DNA from: the human T2T-CHM13v2.0 reference genome, Homo sapiens
Assembly: GCF_009914755.1 (NCBI RefSeq)
Contig: NC_060947.1
DNA length: 64,000 nucleotides
Strand: one strand, 5' to 3'
Shown: positions 59,501 through 64,000 of the stretch, piece by piece
How the letters are laid out: each line of letters begins with the position of its first letter
Position numbering within the stretch: the stretch's first letter is position 1
Made by a program: the position numbers and the translations under genes
Notes under the pieces: generated by a model
Databases searched by the model: none
The model's input: the letters and a program-made list of their open reading frames with translations, nothing else
What the model was told of the DNA's origin: nothing

Positions 59501-60243
59501 CTAAGGACACAGTAAGAAATACTCATAAGTCAGCACTGTAATTTACTCAAAGTTTCATCATAAGAGCATTCCTTTTATATAAGACAATAACTATAAAGAA
59601 TATTTTATGAAAAAAAATTCCTGCAGTGTCACTGCTAAGTCAAGATGGGAGTATCTGTGTTACCATTTTCTTTTGTTTGCAAAGGTATTTTTAGTAAGGA
59701 AGGCCCTAATTACACTAATTCTGAAGCTATTATAACTTTCAGGTATACTTCTCAACATACAAGGAAATATGGTAACAACGTATTTCCTTAAGAATAGCTG
59801 GTTCACTAATCATCAGATAGACTCATCAATCAGAAAGATCTGGTCAAATCATGATTACCCCTAAGCAATGAAAATGAACCAGGAAGCGCTAGTCCTATTC
59901 CTATATACATTAACATTTCTTAGATCAGAAATGCTAAGTAATTTCAGCAGGACTTTCATGCTTAAGTAAAATATAACAAAATTATGTTTTTTCTTAAGAT
60001 ACAACAGAGCCAAAAATAATAACTGCCAAGTGAAAATGCAGGCCTACAGAACAGTATGTCAAGTACATTTCCCCTTTGATGAGGTTATAAGGGACTTATT
60101 TTTAGGTTTTCTGCGTTAAGAATTCATTACTTTTGTATTTGGAAGGGTGAAAACCAAGAAATGTTGCTTTTAAAAAATCCTATGGGATACTATTATACAA
60201 CGATAAAATGGAAATATAACTTTTTAATAAAAATCAGTAATGA

Positions 60244-60751
<508 letters not shown>

Positions 60752-61074
60752 ACTTGCACTTCGTGTTTAACCCATATGCGCACTGACAGTCTCTCGAGGA
60801 AGGAATTTTAATAGATACTATAACAAAATTATTCCTTTAGTTAGCATTATGTGGAAGTCCAAAGCTTACAGAACTCCTCACCATATTTATTAGGAACAGA
60901 ATTCCAGTAATTTCTTTCTTATAGTATCTAGTATTATGAAGCATAGGCAGGCATACTTAAAACTAAAAATGTGAGCACTAAAGTAAATAAGCAAAATCCA
61001 TAGTTCCTTCACCTAACCAGCAACACATAACCTAAATACCATATGACAAGTTAATACAGTAACTCAGACATTAC

Positions 61075-61156
61075 CATGCTCTGGAAGCTCGCCGTATGCC
61101 TTCAGACTTCTAGCTTCGTCTGCATTGTATTTTAAAATTACATCAGCTTTGTTATC
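61075..61156 (-). CDS. EIF1AX: EIF1AX 82-nt exon (exon 5)
   Basis: ag|GATAAC...GAGCATG|gtaatg encodes [27 protein letters not shown]; in frame with its neighbours. Confidence 0.97.
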
Positions 61157-62169
61157 CTTAAATAGAGACAAATAACTTTAAAAAACTGATCATAACAAAA
61201 TATTATCAGTTATTTCATAAATTCTCATATTGAATAAACAATCAAATCTCACCGTTTTACTATAAATCTTTCTCCTTTTAAATTTTAAAGCTTTCTCATA
61301 CCCTCTGAAAAAGATCCTTAGGTTTAACCCAAGAGGAAGCTTATGTACATGCCTGAATGATTAACAAGCTTGGGAAATATAGAGATCTCACTTTAATAAG
61401 AGCAGAACTGTGCATACCCCATATTTTAGATTATTTAATATTACCCTTTGATCAGAAGTCTTTTGAAGTACAAAAGTTCCCTGGGACAATAATTTGCAGG
61501 GTGATCAAACACTGCAATTCCAAAACTGAGACTGAACTGAGACTGGTATAATGACCTAAGGAAATTATACCTTTCTGTATTATCTGTGCTTCTTTGCCTA
61601 GGTATCAATCACAATCTCCTGTGGAGCTTTTATATCTTCTGAAGACAGATTAGTAGATGTGAAGAGAAGCCCAAGAATTAGTATTGTGAGAAGTTCTTTA
61701 GGTATTTCTGATGCAAAAGTCCCATTGAGAAATACTGCCTTAGAATGTTTCTACTTCCCTATTTGAAAATAATTTAACTCAGTTAAGGGAGAAAATTGAT
61801 TGCTTCAACTTCAAGGACAGTGTGATTCAGACCAGTACTTCTTAAAATGTAAAGTGTATAGAAGCCTATGGAGATCTTATTAAAATGCATGTTCTGACTG
61901 AAGAGTCAAAGAACCTGTATTTCTAACAAGCTTCCAGAAGATGCTATCGAGCCATTGACCACCCTGTAAGTAGGAGGGGCACGGAAAGATCATGAATAAT
62001 TTCAAATCAGAAGTTGGTCCTGGCTGTCACTTTACAGTCAAAATGTTACTCATTTTGGACCCTTGGTTTCCTTATCTATCGAACAGGAAATTACTTATTC
62101 TTCCTATTTCTGGGGTTATTGTTAGATCATAAGAAAAAAATGGACATTAAAATGGTATGAATTTAAAGC

Positions 62170-62370
62170 AAGCTTTCTCACCTCAGCGCTATGGATTATT
62201 GTGAGGCGGACCATTCTCTATTATGGGATGCTGTCCTGTGCCCACCCCAGCCTCTATCTACTACATGCTAGCAGCACTGCACCCATCCCCCAGTTGTGAC
62301 AACCAGAAAAGTCTCCAGACACTGCCAATGTCCCTCGGAGGGCAAAACTGCCCACAGTTGAGAAACAATG
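62170..62370 (-). mobile_element. MER20
   Basis: ccccagttgtgacaaccagaaaagtctccagacactgccaatgtccc..cagttgagaa. Confidence 0.8.
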
Positions 62371-62849
62371 GCTTAAAGTGAAGATTTAAATTATTTATTC
62401 TGGGTTTTTTTTTTTTTTAAATCAAAGTATGATCGAGGCTATACAAATAGAGATAGTATCATACAGGGATGATTTCCAATAGGTGGATGTCAAATGGATC
62501 TCACAGACCCACAATGAGTCTACAGAGTCAAGGGTTACCATCACGAAAGGCAACCACCACTTTCTTTCTTTCCCAAGTGCTCCTTTAGATTTATAGCACA
62601 TACCTATGTTGTGATGTGTATTGTAATTACTTGTGTGCTTAACTCTCTCCACTACCAGGCTATGAGCCTTTTGTGGGATGGGCACTTAACTCATTCAGCT
62701 GTATCCCCTAGAATAATGGCTCCCAGATTTTGATTTAAACATAAATCCCTGGGATACCTAGCACAATGCCTGAAACAAAACTGGCTCTTAAGAAATGGCT
62801 CATCAAATTCAAGCCAGTAAAATAGGAAAAATTTACATGTAAATTTTAC

Positions 62850-62900
62850 CTGGTAGTCTCGGAGACCAACCAAAATAATGTCCGAGGTATTTATCCAAAC
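62850..62900 (-). CDS. EIF1AX: Eukaryotic translation initiation factor 1A, X-linked; 51-nt exon (exon 4)
   Basis: ag|GTTTGG...TACCAG|gtaaaa encodes VWINTSDIILVGLRDYQ (eIF1A OB-fold). Confidence 0.97.
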
Positions 62901-62987
62901 CTACAAAAGAAAAGTCACTGCCCGTCACATTTAAAATAACGAAGAATCAAGAAATTCCAGAGTAACAATCAATTAGTTTAGAAATTA

Positions 62988-63660
<673 letters not shown>

Positions 63661-64000
63661 TTTTAGTTTGGGAATAGAAGGATTAACATACCAAATTAAA
63701 AAAAATAAATACAAAATCAGAGTTGGGACTTTTAGTCAACCTGATTAATAAATCTGCCTGAATAACTACTGTGATGGTGAATTAATCATTACTTTCCAAG
63801 GCAGTCCATTCACGATGACATTCAAGAGATGCAACATTAATACAATGCTTATATAACTCATATTCAAATTTTCTGAATGTACACTTTACAGCTATATGTC
63901 CAATTCCTAAATCAGAATCCAAACAAGGGCAACCTACTCCATTTAACTGTCAGGTCTCTTTAAGTCTCCTTGCAACTAGAATAGTACCCCAGCTTTTTTT

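Overview
Human/primate genomic DNA, identified from the encoded peptides as the X-linked MAP7D2-EIF1AX locus; both genes are on the minus strand. Positions 1-45626 are repeat-dense MAP7D2 intron 1 (dozens of Alus plus L1M, MIR, MER/Charlie/Tigger and MaLR/ERVL/ERV1 LTR fragments). MAP7D2 coding exon 1 (45627-45756) lies in a CpG island, followed by a RY-rich promoter minisatellite. After ~7.6 kb of intergenic sequence come the ~3.8 kb EIF1AX 3' UTR and its last four coding exons (57198-62900). Almost all supplied ORFs are spurious (Alu or low-complexity). I found no convincing new multi-gene system. The most unusual features are: (1) an orphan 1.5-monomer alpha-satellite fragment with a 172-bp period, inserted into an old L1 far from any centromere (30162-30418); (2) an Alu-unique-Alu cassette bracketed by a single 16-bp target-site duplication inside a MER33 (35626-36488); (3) a 48/49-bp triple repeat packed with E-box/HRE/XRE/MRE cores directly upstream of the MAP7D2 start codon. 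Repeat subfamily names and boundaries are by eye and approximate.
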